A stretch of DNA of 64,000 nucleotides from an uncultured Bacillota bacterium (GCA_947053645.1 CAMRTM010000003.1:16232-80231); one strand, 5' to 3'. Shown: positions 1 to 10,404, numbered from the stretch's first letter. The notes: generated by a model not told the origin, from the letters alone. Program-made: numbers and translations.

Positions 1-260
1 TAGTTTTTAGGTAAATTGTCTTTTCTTACAATCTCTCTTATTCGGCGCTTTAGTTTATTTCTAACATTTGCCTTGCCAATCTTCTTGTTTACAGATATAC
101 CGATTTTAAAAACTCTGTATCTACTAGGCACGATAAATAATGTTAAATTTTTTGTACTTTTGCGTTTCCCCTTTCTATAGATGTAACTGAAATGTTTATT
201 CTTTTTTAGTCTGTGATCCTGCTTTTCCTTAGTTTTAAGCAGCGAGTTTTTTTCTTCCAC
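1..260 (-). CDS. rnpA: Ribonuclease P protein component (3' end cut by window edge)
   Basis: Minus-strand frame reads ..[62 protein letters not shown].., the conserved RnpA core. Candidate GTG start at 260 overlaps the rpmH 3' end. Directly downstream of rpmH, as is usual. Confidence 0.8.
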   Translation of the reverse strand, partial: MEEKNSLLKTKEKQDHRLKKNKHFSYIYRKGKRKSTKNLTLFIVPSRYRVFKIGISVNKKIGKANVRNKLKRRIREIVRKDNLPKN

Positions 261-369
261 GATTTCTTCTTCTCTTAATAACATTTCTTCCGCCAGTAGT
301 TCTCATTCTTTCTCTAAAGCCGTGAACTTTACTTCTCTGTCTCTTTTTTGGTTGATATGTTCGCTTCAT
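235..369 (-). CDS. rpmH: 50S ribosomal protein L34
   Basis: 44-codon ORF, too short for the ORF track: [50 protein letters not shown] lies 6 nt upstream of the ATG. Confidence 0.95.
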   Translation of the reverse strand: MKRTYQPKKRQRSKVHGFRERMRTTGGRNVIKRRRNRGRKKLAA

Positions 370-498
370 GTCATGCCTCCTTTAATTTAGTAACTAACTT
401 ATTATAATTGAAAGTTCAGCCTTTGTCAATAAAATATTCTCCATGTTTTTCCATTTGACTGATTAAAAGTATTGTGATATAAATAAATAGAGGTTATT

Positions 499-1020
499 AT
501 GAAGAAAAATGTAATATGTTTTGCTAAAACTAATGATAAGGCAATAATCCCATCTAAACGCAAAGAAGATGTAGGATATGATTTGTACCCATGTTTTGAT
601 GAAGATTATCTTATAATAAAACCAAATGAGTTCATACCTGTCCCCACTGGCCTTGCTTGGGCTTGTGATAAAAAATACTATATGCAAATTGAAGAGCGTT
701 CTTCCACCGGCAGTAATGGCATAAAGAAAAACGCAGGAGTTATAGATAGCGGTTATAGGGGAGAAATCAAAGTATGCATTTATAACACAAGAAAAGAAAA
801 CCTTATTCTTTCCAACCTTGATGAAGAGTCTTTAAAAACTAAGTATCCTGTCCTTACAAAAGAAAAATATTTTTTCTATAGCACAGAGAAAGCAATAGCA
901 CAAGGCATTATACATAAAGTAACTCATTTTAAAGTTAAAGAACTTTCTTATGAAGACCTTTGCAAAATTTCTTCCTCACGCGGACAAAACGGCTTTGGCA
1001 GTACAAATAAAACAAAATAA
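499..1020 (+). CDS. dut: dUTP diphosphatase
   Basis: 173 aa with the dUTPase motifs ..EDVGYDL.. and GVIDSGYRGEI. Confidence 0.85.
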   Translation: MKKNVICFAKTNDKAIIPSKRKEDVGYDLYPCFDEDYLIIKPNEFIPVPTGLAWACDKKYYMQIEERSSTGSNGIKKNAGVIDSGYRGEIKVCIYNTRKENLILSNLDEESLKTKYPVLTKEKYFFYSTEKAIAQGIIHKVTHFKVKELSYEDLCKISSSRGQNGFGSTNKTK

Positions 1021-1041
1021 AACACGGAAATTCCGTGTTTT
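1021..1041. terminator. Bidirectional hairpin between convergent dut and dnaN
   Basis: aacacgga-aat-tccgtgtt followed by a T run. Confidence 0.6.
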
Positions 1042-1081
1042 CTATTTTTCTCTTTTCCTTTCAAGAAAGCGACTAAGTCGC

Positions 1082-2179
1082 CTACATAAAGCGTACTGGA
1101 AGGATTAAGTATAAGAATTCGTCATCCTCTGTTGGCACGATTACGCATGGATTTGAAGCCTCGTTAAAGCAAACTTTGACAAACTCATTCGTATTCACTC
1201 TTAAACTTTCAAGGAAATATCTTGGATTGAAGGAAATTAGTAAATCTTTTCCTGCAACAGTTGCTGGAATATTTTCCTTCACATTACCAAGTTCAGAGTT
1301 ACTTGTAAGGCAGATATTATTTTCCTTAATATCAAGTTTTACAAAGTTGTTTTGTGCCGATCTAAGAAGGAGGGTGGCACGCTCCAAAGCCTCTACAAAT
1401 TGATCTCTATTAAGTATTACAAAGGTTTCATAATTTACAGGAATGATTTGTTTATAATTCATGTAATCACCTTCAAGTAATCTTGAAGTTACCTTTGTAT
1501 CGCCAAGATCAAGCATGATAGTGTACTCATCAATGTAAACATTAATCACATCATCATTTTCGTCAATAAGTCTAGAGATTTCGTTCAAACTTCTTGCTGG
1601 TACAACAATTGATTTTTTAATATTTGATTGAATGGATTTTTTAATTCTTGCAAGGCGGTATCCATCCAAAGCAACAGCATTAAGTTCTCTGTTATCAATA
1701 TCGAATAACACACCTTTTAGGATTGGTCTTGAATCATCTGTTGCGACAGCAAATATACATTTGTTTACTACTGTTTTAAAGTCTTTCTTCGTGATACCAA
1801 AGTATTCATTAGTTCCAATTTTTTTAAAGCCAGGATATTCTACTGGGTTGTAACACTGAATAACACTTTCGCTGTCTTCATAGCGGATTATAAGTTGGTT
1901 TCTTTCATTAAGTTCAAGTTCAATTAAAGAATTGGTAAGTTTCTTTACAAACTCAGTAATAAAACGCCCAGGAACAACTGTTTCACCTTCAATCTTAATA
2001 TCAGCCTTAATTTTCTTTTCAATGGAAAGTTCGGTATCTGTTGCGCTCATAGTAAGAGTGCCATCCTCTGCAACAAGTTTAATTCCCTCTAATATCGGAT
2101 TTGTAATCTTATTTGAAATCGCCTTACTCACTCTTAAAAAAGCGTCACTTAGCTCTAATCCTTGACAAACAACTAACAT
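1082..2179 (-). CDS. dnaN: DNA polymerase III beta sliding clamp
   Basis: Translation MLVVCQGLELSDAFLRVSKAISNKITNPILEGIKLVAEDGTLT.. matches the DnaN N-terminal pattern. Start moved to the ATG at 2179, which has AAGGAG upstream. Lies downstream of dnaA. Confidence 0.9.
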   Translation of the reverse strand: MLVVCQGLELSDAFLRVSKAISNKITNPILEGIKLVAEDGTLTMSATDTELSIEKKIKADIKIEGETVVPGRFITEFVKKLTNSLIELELNERNQLIIRYEDSESVIQCYNPVEYPGFKKIGTNEYFGITKKDFKTVVNKCIFAVATDDSRPILKGVLFDIDNRELNAVALDGYRLARIKKSIQSNIKKSIVVPARSLNEISRLIDENDDVINVYIDEYTIMLDLGDTKVTSRLLEGDYMNYKQIIPVNYETFVILNRDQFVEALERATLLLRSAQNNFVKLDIKENNICLTSNSELGNVKENIPATVAGKDLLISFNPRYFLESLRVNTNEFVKVCFNEASNPCVIVPTEDDEFLYLILPVRFM

Positions 2180-2239
2180 AAATTTTTCTCCTTTATCTTC
2201 ATGGTAATTATACCACATCTTCACAATTTTGACAATCAA

Positions 2240-2440
2240 AATTCACTCACTCGCGATGAAATATTATTGATTATTATTTGATTAATAATAGTAATATTAT
2301 TAGGTAATGTGAAATTGTGGATAACTTATTTTTTATGCGATATATAGATACACACAGAAAATATTTTACTATATATTGTGTAATTTTTAATCTCACTTAC
2401 TGTGGATAACAATGTGCACAACATCTTCTACTTATCCACC
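2240..2440. promoter_or_regulatory. Candidate oriC segment: DnaA boxes plus AT-rich unwinding stretch in the dnaA-dnaN spacer
   Basis: Perfect TGTGGATAA at 2316-2324 and 2401-2409. Near-boxes TGTGCACAA at 2413-2421 and TTATCCACC at 2432-2440. Almost pure A/T run at about 2269-2313. Confidence 0.7.
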
Positions 2441-3781
2441 TTTCAACATTTTTCTTATCTCACCAACAAGGGTTTGCATTTTGTGAGAAGTCTTAACACC
2501 GTCTGCAATTTTGTCACGAGAGTGCATGATTGTAGTATGATCTCGCCCTCCAAAAATTTTCCCAATAGATACAAGCGGTATTTCTAAGATGTCACTGATA
2601 AGGTAGATTGCAATCATTCTTGGCTCTACAACATCCTTACTCTTTTTCTTGCCTAAGATGTCTTCCTTAGTTACATCGAAATATTTGCATACTCCGTCAA
2701 TAATGGCGTCAGGGGTAAGCCCTTCATTTCGCTCTTCTTCTGCCTCGCCATTAAGGGCTTCCATGGCCTCTTCCATGCTGGCAGAGCGTTTTCCCATAAG
2801 GTTTGCAAGGAAATATACCTTTGAAAGCGTACCTTCAAGTTCACGGATGTTGGAGTCCACTCTCTCTGCAATGTAATCAATCACTTCGTCATCAATTACA
2901 TATTTTTCAATCTGGCATTTCTTTCTTAGAATCGCAATTCTTGTTTCAAGGTCTGGGGTTTGAATATCTTGAATAAGTCCCATAGAAAAACGAGAGCGCA
3001 GTCTGTCTGCCAGTGTTTTGATTTCCTTAGGTGGACGGTCTGATGTGATGATAATCTGCTTGTTTGCTTCATGAAGTTCGTTGAAAGTGTGGAAAAACTC
3101 TTCCTGTGTAGAAGGTTTTGTAGAGATAAATTGAATATCATCTATCATAAGCACATCAAGATTTCTGAATTTTGATCTAAATTCAAGGGTAGCCTTTGTT
3201 TTGGAAGGCGAGCCTAAACTTTCAATGTAGGCATTGGTAAATTGCTCACAAGTTACATACATTACTTTAAGGTTTGGATTAAATTCTCGTAAATAGTTTC
3301 CTACCGCGTGAAGAAGGTGGGTTTTACCAAGTCCAACACCGCCGTATATAAAGAGAGGATTGAATTTGTCCCCAGGATGCTCTGCCACCGCTCTTGCCGC
3401 AGCATAAACAAACTGGTTGCTTTTGCCTACGACAAAGTTGTCAAAGGTGTATTTTGCATTGAAAGGATTCTTGCTTACTTCCACTTCTTTTGCTCTTGCC
3501 TTCTTACCATTTTTTTCTACATAGGAGATTTCTTCATTTTGGTCAAGTACTTCCACTTCAATGTTTTCGCCCAGTATATCGTGTACCGCCTCTGTCAGTT
3601 TGTCCATATAGTTTCTTAAGATTTGATTTTTTGCTGAAGTAGAATTTGTACTGATTACAAGTTTGTTGTCCACAAGGTCAAGTACTTTTAAAGGTTTAAA
3701 CCACATAATAAATGATACATTTGATACCGTCAGTTGCAATTTCTCCAAAATTGTCTGCCATAAACTACTTAACTCTTGCAT
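2432..3781 (-). CDS. dnaA: Chromosomal replication initiator protein DnaA
   Basis: Walker A GGVGLGKTHL, sensor and box motifs, C-terminal DNA-binding ..FGGRDHTTIMHSRDKI... ATG at 3781 preferred because AGGTGG lies 5 nt upstream; the track start at 3790 is a GTG inside the RBS. Confidence 0.95.
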   Translation of the reverse strand: MQELSSLWQTILEKLQLTVSNVSFIMWFKPLKVLDLVDNKLVISTNSTSAKNQILRNYMDKLTEAVHDILGENIEVEVLDQNEEISYVEKNGKKARAKEVEVSKNPFNAKYTFDNFVVGKSNQFVYAAARAVAEHPGDKFNPLFIYGGVGLGKTHLLHAVGNYLREFNPNLKVMYVTCEQFTNAYIESLGSPSKTKATLEFRSKFRNLDVLMIDDIQFISTKPSTQEEFFHTFNELHEANKQIIITSDRPPKEIKTLADRLRSRFSMGLIQDIQTPDLETRIAILRKKCQIEKYVIDDEVIDYIAERVDSNIRELEGTLSKVYFLANLMGKRSASMEEAMEALNGEAEEERNEGLTPDAIIDGVCKYFDVTKEDILGKKKSKDVVEPRMIAIYLISDILEIPLVSIGKIFGGRDHTTIMHSRDKIADGVKTSHKMQTLVGEIRKMLKGG

Positions 3782-3899
3782 ATAAGCCACCTTTTAATAT
3801 TGATAGTAAAATCATAACATCCACGATTTTTTTTGTCAAGCATTCATGAACGATTGAATAGGGTTTGATTTTTCTTTATAGAAGTGATAATATAAGAGC

Positions 3900-4979
3900 G
3901 TGAAGATAAGCGAACTGACACTAAAAAATTACCGCTCCTATGAAAACGCAAATATAAAGTTTTCTGATGGACTTAATGTGCTTATAGGCAAGAACGCACA
4001 AGGAAAGACAAATCTCCTTGAAGCGATTTTTTTCACGGTTATTGGCAAAAGTTTTAAAACCAGTAAAGAAAAAGAGGTTATCTCTTGGGGAGAAGATAAT
4101 AGTTATGTCAAAGCGGTGTTTAATAAAAAATATCGTGATGAGGTAATTGAACTTATCTTTAATAGTCAAACAAAGAAAGTAATCAAGGTGGATGGAATTC
4201 CGCTTCATAGAATAGGCGAACTTATGGGTTGTGCGAATGCAGTTTTCTTTTCGCCGGACGAACTTAAACTTATCAAAGATAGCCCAGAAGAGAGAAGGCG
4301 TTTTATGAACATCGATATTTCCCAAACAGATAAAAGATATTTCTACCTGCTTGGAAGGTATGATAAAGTTCTTGCAAACAGAAATAAACTTTTAAAGACT
4401 TCGCAGGATATTAAAACTTTAAAGCAGACAATTGACATCTGGGACAGGGCGTTATGTGACATAGCAAAGAAGATTGCAAAGGCAAGATATAACTTTTTGC
4501 AGGAACTTGCGCCTTTTGCCTCCATGGCACACAACTATATTTCAGGCGGAGAGGAAAAACTTGAATTAAAGTATAGCGGACTGACTGATGATATAGATGG
4601 TTATGACGCGGTTATGCTTAAATCCCTTCAAAAGAATATTGATAAAGATTTTAAACTAGGCTATACAAGCGTGGGTGTACATCGAGATGATATTGACATT
4701 TATCTAAACGGGGTGGAAGTGAAAAACTTTGGATCGCAAGGCCAGCAAAGGACGGTTGCACTTTCTATGAAACTTGCCGAACTAGAGATTATCAAAAATA
4801 GAATAGGAGAATATCCTATCTTGCTTCTTGATGATGTGTTCAGTGAACTAGATAAATTTCGTAGAAACCGTCTTTTAAAGTTTACATCAAAAACGCAAAC
4901 AATACTAACAACCACAGATTTTGACGCTGAAAACCTTGATGCAAAAGTATTTAAAATAGAGAAAAATAAAATAAACTAG
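3900..4979 (+). CDS. recF: DNA replication/repair protein RecF
   Basis: GTG start. N-terminal Walker A GKNAQGKTNLLEA. C-terminal GSQGQQRT and LLLDDVFSELD, as in RecF/SMC-like ATPases. Confidence 0.9.
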   Translation: MKISELTLKNYRSYENANIKFSDGLNVLIGKNAQGKTNLLEAIFFTVIGKSFKTSKEKEVISWGEDNSYVKAVFNKKYRDEVIELIFNSQTKKVIKVDGIPLHRIGELMGCANAVFFSPDELKLIKDSPEERRRFMNIDISQTDKRYFYLLGRYDKVLANRNKLLKTSQDIKTLKQTIDIWDRALCDIAKKIAKARYNFLQELAPFASMAHNYISGGEEKLELKYSGLTDDIDGYDAVMLKSLQKNIDKDFKLGYTSVGVHRDDIDIYLNGVEVKNFGSQGQQRTVALSMKLAELEIIKNRIGEYPILLLDDVFSELDKFRRNRLLKFTSKTQTILTTTDFDAENLDAKVFKIEKNKIN

Positions 4980-5046
4980 CGAAGATTGTCGAAGACGAAT
5001 AATACTTTTTTATAGTCAAATTCTAACAATCGTAAAGGAGGAGATT

Positions 5047-5748
5047 ATGAAAAAGTTTTTTATTGCTGTAGTTTGCTTAATGCTTGTTGTAGTTGGTGCT
5101 GTAGGGGTCACAATGTCATCATCGGTCGATGCAGTAGCAAGTGCAGAAAGTGTAAGCAAAATCACAGTAAATGGGGTAGGAGAAATAAAACTCGCACCAG
5201 ATATGGCTGTAATCAGTTTAGGAGTAGAAACACTTAATGAAAGTTTAGCAGTCGCACAGAAGGAAAATTCGGAAGGAATAACCAACTTGATAGATGCTAT
5301 CAAAGGGTTTGGTGTTAAAGAAGAAGATATCAAGACCAAGAATTTCTATGTTTATCAAAGATATGATTATTCACAAGGAGAGAAATTTTTAGGTTATCAG
5401 GTTTCCAACTATATTGATTTTAAAACAAAGGATGTAGATAATGTAAGCAGTATAGTAAATAAACTTCTTGAGAGCGGTGCAAATAAATTTAGCGGTATTA
5501 GTTTTACTATAGAAGACTATGAATCCGCATATAAACTGGCACTTGAAAAAGCACTAGAGAACGCTAAAAGTAAAGCAAGTGCAATAGCGGATAGAGAGAT
5601 ATCTACTTTTGAAGTTTGTGAAGAGTCTAGTTACAGCATTATCACACGCGATTCTTATTCTCTTTCAAGCTTAAACAGCGAGGCTTCTACAATGATGAAA
5701 GGAGAAATCACCGTAAGGGCAAATATAAGAGTAATATTTGAATATTAA
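5047..5748 (+). CDS. SIMPL/DUF541-family secreted protein
   Basis: Signal-peptide-like N-terminus, then ITVNGVGEIKLAPDMAVISLGVET.. and a C-terminal ..GEITVRANIRVIFE pattern typical of SIMPL proteins. Confidence 0.6.
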   Translation: MKKFFIAVVCLMLVVVGAVGVTMSSSVDAVASAESVSKITVNGVGEIKLAPDMAVISLGVETLNESLAVAQKENSEGITNLIDAIKGFGVKEEDIKTKNFYVYQRYDYSQGEKFLGYQVSNYIDFKTKDVDNVSSIVNKLLESGANKFSGISFTIEDYESAYKLALEKALENAKSKASAIADREISTFEVCEESSYSIITRDSYSLSSLNSEASTMMKGEITVRANIRVIFEY

Positions 5749-5778
5749 AGTGCATGTTTTATGCACTTTTTTGTATCC

Positions 5779-5807
5779 TTGACAATGCAAATTATTAATG
5801 ATATAAT
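5779..5807 (+). promoter_or_regulatory. Sigma-A type promoter
   Basis: TTGACA, 17 nt, TATAAT, about 25 nt upstream of the 5833 ORF and just after a hairpin (agtgcat..atgcact + T run). Confidence 0.6.
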
Positions 5808-5832
5808 TTTGCATAGATTGTAGGAGAAAAAC

Positions 5833-6402
5833 ATGTTTTATCATGGCACAAATGTTGGCGGAATAAAAGAACTAAAACCTAGCCTTAGCAACCAAGGAAA
5901 TTATGTTTATTTTAGCGACGAAAGACTTAGAATAATTCCTTATCTAGTAAATCCTGTTCAAAAATTTGTTGATGATAAATATGGAAAAGGTAAGTATAAA
6001 ACTTCGCTTAGATGGGCTAGATTTACTTTTATTAACAACAAACTAGTGCTTATAGAAGCGTATCCTAATTATATTGAAGATACCTTTAAAGGACAGATTG
6101 GATATATATACTATTTCGAAAATATCGAAGGATTAAAAGCGTTGAACAACCCTCATACTTTCGGATTGGATAAAGCAGTTAAAGTTGAAAAAGTTGAAGT
6201 TATTCCAGATGTTTATGATGAAATCTTGCGATTAGAAAAAGATGGAAAACTTGTAATTAAGAAATATGAAGAAAATACAGAAAAGGAAAATAGAGATTTT
6301 GAAGAGTTTGTTAAAGGCGAAATGCTGAAGAAAAACAAATACTATAATGAATTTTATAGAGAGTTTTTAAGAGAAAAGTTTCCTCAGGTCTTTGAGAAAT
6401 AA
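5833..6402 (+). CDS. Hypothetical protein
   Basis: 189-aa ORF with RBS (taggagaaaaacATG). No motif I recognise. Confidence 0.5.
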   Translation: MFYHGTNVGGIKELKPSLSNQGNYVYFSDERLRIIPYLVNPVQKFVDDKYGKGKYKTSLRWARFTFINNKLVLIEAYPNYIEDTFKGQIGYIYYFENIEGLKALNNPHTFGLDKAVKVEKVEVIPDVYDEILRLEKDGKLVIKKYEENTEKENRDFEEFVKGEMLKKNKYYNEFYREFLREKFPQVFEK

Positions 6403-6416
6403 TAAAAAAGAAGAGG

Positions 6417-8249
6417 TTAATTCTCCTCTTCAAATTGACTGTTGTATAGGTCGGCGTAAAAGCCACCTTTTGCAAGTAAGTCGTTGTGATTTCCTTGCTC
6501 TATAATATCGCCGTCTTTCATTACTAAAATGAGGTCGGCATTTTTTATTGTAGAAAGTCTGTGTGCGATTACAAATGAAGTGCGTCCCTCAGTGAGTTTA
6601 TCCATCGCCTTTTGTATAAGCACTTCTGTACGGGTATCGACACTGCTTGTTGCTTCATCTAGTATTAGCATAGGACTATTTTGTATCATCGCTCTTGCAA
6701 TGGTCATAAGTTGTCGTTGTCCTGCTGAAATGGAAGTGTTATCATCTAGTATTGAATCATATCCATGTGGCAGACTTTTAATGAAGTGATGTACTCCGCA
6801 TGCTTTGCAGGCAGTCTTCACATCCTCGTCAGTTACGCCTTCCTTGCTGTAGACAATGTTGTCGCGTACACTGCCTTCAAAAAGCCAAGTGTCTTGAAGC
6901 ACCATAGAGAAAAGGTCGTGTACATTTTCTCGTGTCAAGGTACTGATTGGTACGCCATCAATTAATATCTCTCCGTCATCCACTTCATAGAATCTCATAA
7001 GCAGGTTTACAAGTGTGGTTTTTCCAGCCCCAGTTGGGCCAACAATAGCAACCTTTTGTCCGGCTTTCACTTTTGCTGAGAAGTCTTTAATAATTGTTTT
7101 ATCTGGGTTATAGCCAAACCTAACATTTTTAAATTCTACATTACCTTTTATATCTATTAAGATATCTTTTTTGTGACTTTCATCCATAAGTTCTTTTTCA
7201 TCAAGGAATTCAAAGACACGCTCACTTGCGGCGGCGGTGGATTGAAGATTGTTGAATGCCTGCGCAAGTTGTGCAAGAGGTTGATTAAAAAGTCTTACAT
7301 AAAGCATGAAAGCGATAATTACGCCAAAGGAAATTTGACCACTCATAGTAAGCACCGCACCTACGACGCAAACGGCAACATAGCCGAAATCTCCAATAAA
7401 GTTCATGATAGGCATCATAAGGCCAGAGATAAACTGAGATTTCCAACCGCTGTTATATAGACGATTATTAATTTCTTCAAATTTTGCTTTAGTTTCGCGT
7501 TTGCCGTTGTAGACATTGACAATATCATGACCAGAGTAAACCTCTTCAATATGACCGTTAATATTGCCAAGTTCTTCTTGTTGTGCCTTGAAGTGTTTCT
7601 GAGAAAATTTCATAACAAGTGCAATAAATACAAAACCAATCAAACTTGCACCAATGGCGGTTAGTGCCATAATCCAGTTTGTGATAAACATCATTACTAC
7701 ACTTCCTACAAGCAAGGTAATAGAACTTACGAGGGTAGTAATCGAGTTACTGAGTGTCTGACCAATGGTATCGACATCGTTTGTTACACGACTAAGCACA
7801 TCACCGTAAGGTGTGCTATCCATATATTTAAGTGGAAGTTTATTAATTTTTGAGGAAATATCCTTTCTCATGCGTTTTGAAAGACGCTGAGTAATAGTAG
7901 TCATTATGAAGCCTTGAACATAACTGAATACCGCACTTAAAGAATAGATGATAACTAGAAAGATGCCAATTTCAATTATCTTTTGCATTTCCACAGGAGT
8001 GCCAAGACTAATGAGAGTTTTGTTAATTTCATCAAATACAGGAAGTGAGTTCCTAATCAAGTCGGTCAGGTCACTTATTTTATTAGGGCCTATAAGAGTA
8101 AGTACGGTACCTGCCACCGCGAAAAGGATTGCGATTATAATCCCCCATAAGTGTCTTTTAGAGTACTTGATAAGTTTACCAAAAGAGGCTTTAAAATTTT
8201 TAGGTTTTTCAATTGCGGCCATCGGTCCGCTCATAGGTTTCTTAGCCAT
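6417..8249 (-). CDS. ABC transporter permease/ATP-binding protein (exporter half, heterodimer partner 2)
   Basis: Six-TM N-terminal domain. Walker A GPTGAGKTT, signature SAGQRQ, Walker B LILDEATSSVD. Confidence 0.85.
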   Translation of the reverse strand: MAKKPMSGPMAAIEKPKNFKASFGKLIKYSKRHLWGIIIAILFAVAGTVLTLIGPNKISDLTDLIRNSLPVFDEINKTLISLGTPVEMQKIIEIGIFLVIIYSLSAVFSYVQGFIMTTITQRLSKRMRKDISSKINKLPLKYMDSTPYGDVLSRVTNDVDTIGQTLSNSITTLVSSITLLVGSVVMMFITNWIMALTAIGASLIGFVFIALVMKFSQKHFKAQQEELGNINGHIEEVYSGHDIVNVYNGKRETKAKFEEINNRLYNSGWKSQFISGLMMPIMNFIGDFGYVAVCVVGAVLTMSGQISFGVIIAFMLYVRLFNQPLAQLAQAFNNLQSTAAASERVFEFLDEKELMDESHKKDILIDIKGNVEFKNVRFGYNPDKTIIKDFSAKVKAGQKVAIVGPTGAGKTTLVNLLMRFYEVDDGEILIDGVPISTLTRENVHDLFSMVLQDTWLFEGSVRDNIVYSKEGVTDEDVKTACKACGVHHFIKSLPHGYDSILDDNTSISAGQRQLMTIARAMIQNSPMLILDEATSSVDTRTEVLIQKAMDKLTEGRTSFVIAHRLSTIKNADLILVMKDGDIIEQGNHNDLLAKGGFYADLYNSQFEEEN

Positions 8250-10018
8250 TATAGTTCCTCCTTTGATAATTGCGATAATGCAATTTCTTTGTAAACTTCG
8301 CAGGTATTCAGAAGTTCGTCATGGGTACCCATACCCACCATTTCACCTTCGTTCAGCACAATAATTTTATCTGCATGTTTGATTGTTCCAATTCGCTGAG
8401 CAACAATAAGACAAGTCGCGTGCGAAAGGTATTTATTAAGCGCTTTACGAAGTTTCTTATCTGTTTTGTAGTCAAGAGCGGAAAAAGAATCGTCAAATAT
8501 GAAAATCTCTGGGTTGCGTGCAATGGCTCTAGCAATAGAAAGCCTTTGCTTTTGACCTCCAGAAACATTACTTCCGCCTTGTGTTATTTCGCTGTCATAT
8601 CCCTCTGGCATTTTTTCCACAAAATCCTTTGCTTGTGCAATTTTTATCGCATTTTTAATTTCTTCCTCGGTAGGTTTCGCATCAATATCATCGCCGAAAG
8701 AAATATTACTTGAAACACTTCCGCTGAAAAGAAAGGCTTTTTGTGCAACATATCCAAGTTTGTTGTGAAGGTCTTGAATTTTATAATCCTTAACATTCAC
8801 TCCGTCAACAATAACTTCGCCTTCAGTGGCGTCGTAGAAACGAGGGACAAGGTCAATAAGAGTACTTTTCCCACTTCCAGTCGAGCCTATGAATGCCACT
8901 GTTTCTCCTTTTTTTACAGTAAAATTGATATCGCGCAGAACATATTCGTCTGCATCTGGATATTTAAAGGAAACATGCTTAAATTCAATTTCGCCTTTAA
9001 CTGGAGAATGTATGTCATATTCGCCGTGTCCGTCTTGTACGCTTGGTACTGTATCTAGAATTTCATTGATTCTTTTAGCAGATACCGTTGCTCTTGGAAG
9101 CATGATAAAAATCATAGTCAGCATTACAAATGACATGACAATCTGCATCGCATAGGAGGAGAATACCACCATATCACTGAAAAGTGTAAGTTTAGTAAAA
9201 GGCTCTGTCATTGCTGTATTATTGATAAGCGCTGCACCAATCCAATATATAGCAAGAGAAAGACCAGACATACTTATACTCATTACAGGTCCCAAAAGAC
9301 TCATCATACGGTTTGAAAATAAACTAGTCTTTGTAAGTTCACTGTTTGCCTTTTCAAACTTTTCCGCTTCATAGTTTTCAGCATTATAGGCACGCACAAC
9401 TCGTAGACCGGTAAGATTTTCGCGAGTAACGCGGTTTATGTTGTCAGTCAAAGTTTGCATTTTTTTAAACTTAGGAAGTACAATGATAATCAGCATTATA
9501 ATTACTGCAAGTATGATTGCGATACAAACAACAGTAGCCACCGACCATTGCCAACTTTTGCCTACAATTTTAAATATAGCCCAAGTTGCAAGTATTGGTG
9601 CTTTGATAAGTACTTGAAGCCCCATAGCAACAAAGCGTTGGATTTGGGTTACATCATTCGTCGAGCGTGTAATTAAACTTGCGGTAGAAAAACTTTTCAT
9701 TTCTTTTTTGGAAAAGGTTTGCACCTTGTTAAAGATGTCGCTACGCACCAATTTTGCCATACCAGAAGAAATTTGTGAGGCGAAAAAGCCCACTCCCACC
9801 GAAAGAAAAGCGCTGGCAAGTGCACAAGCAAGCATATATCCGCCATTTATCCACACTTCTGTCATTGAATTACCTTCAGTTGTTACAAGCAAGGTAATTT
9901 TGCTCATATATTCTGGCACTTTAAGGTCAAGCCAAACCTGAAGCACGATAAAAGCAATGCTGGCAACAATCATAAGCCAGTGTTTAAGTTTCAAATTTTT
10001 ACCTAATATTTTTAACAT
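8249..10018 (-). CDS. ABC transporter permease/ATP-binding protein (exporter half, heterodimer partner 1)
   Basis: TM domain plus GSTGSGKST, VSGGQKQR, IFIFDDSFSALD. Stop overlaps the start of the downstream half-transporter gene. Confidence 0.85.
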   Translation of the reverse strand: MLKILGKNLKLKHWLMIVASIAFIVLQVWLDLKVPEYMSKITLLVTTEGNSMTEVWINGGYMLACALASAFLSVGVGFFASQISSGMAKLVRSDIFNKVQTFSKKEMKSFSTASLITRSTNDVTQIQRFVAMGLQVLIKAPILATWAIFKIVGKSWQWSVATVVCIAIILAVIIMLIIIVLPKFKKMQTLTDNINRVTRENLTGLRVVRAYNAENYEAEKFEKANSELTKTSLFSNRMMSLLGPVMSISMSGLSLAIYWIGAALINNTAMTEPFTKLTLFSDMVVFSSYAMQIVMSFVMLTMIFIMLPRATVSAKRINEILDTVPSVQDGHGEYDIHSPVKGEIEFKHVSFKYPDADEYVLRDINFTVKKGETVAFIGSTGSGKSTLIDLVPRFYDATEGEVIVDGVNVKDYKIQDLHNKLGYVAQKAFLFSGSVSSNISFGDDIDAKPTEEEIKNAIKIAQAKDFVEKMPEGYDSEITQGGSNVSGGQKQRLSIARAIARNPEIFIFDDSFSALDYKTDKKLRKALNKYLSHATCLIVAQRIGTIKHADKIIVLNEGEMVGMGTHDELLNTCEVYKEIALSQLSKEEL

Positions 10019-10170
10019 CGTTTGCCTCCAAAAGTAAATATTACGCTAACTATTTTATGCTACGACAAAATAAGTGTCAATCAATTAAAAAAAGTTTTTG
10101 AAATATTTTGTCACATTGGAATAGAGTGATATAATATAAATAGAATAAAAGTGAAAAAGGAGGAAGATAG

Positions 10171-10404
10171 ATGCAACAATTCGTATCCGCAATGGACAAA
10201 TTGCCAAAACTCGTGAAGGTAATATTGGCTATACCATTTCTTGATATTATTTGGGTTATTTACAGACTCTGCCGCAGTATCGCTAAAAATAGTATCGTAG
10301 GTATTGTTCTTGCAGTAGTGCTTATCATAATAGGGATTCCATTCTTATGGCTTATTGATATGATAACTCTTGCTGTTACAGACAAAGTACTCTGGATAGA
10401 TTAA
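10171..10404 (+). CDS. Small two-TM membrane protein
   Basis: 77 aa with two hydrophobic segments. GGAGG RBS upstream. Followed by the hairpin aatgcc-ataa-ggcatt + T run. Confidence 0.5.
   Translation: MQQFVSAMDKLPKLVKVILAIPFLDIIWVIYRLCRSIAKNSIVGIVLAVVLIIIGIPFLWLIDMITLAVTDKVLWID

Noticed and set aside
1176-2165. Several 70-77-aa plus-strand ORFs inside dnaN, and similar ones inside dnaA, recF, the ABC transporter genes, fhs and asnS
   Set aside because: They are antisense shadow ORFs within genes of unambiguous identity. None has an RBS or a recognisable motif.
2402-2587. 61-aa ORF starting in the dnaA-dnaN spacer
   Set aside because: It starts on a DnaA box and runs antisense into the dnaA 3' end. 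It is better explained as oriC plus a shadow ORF.
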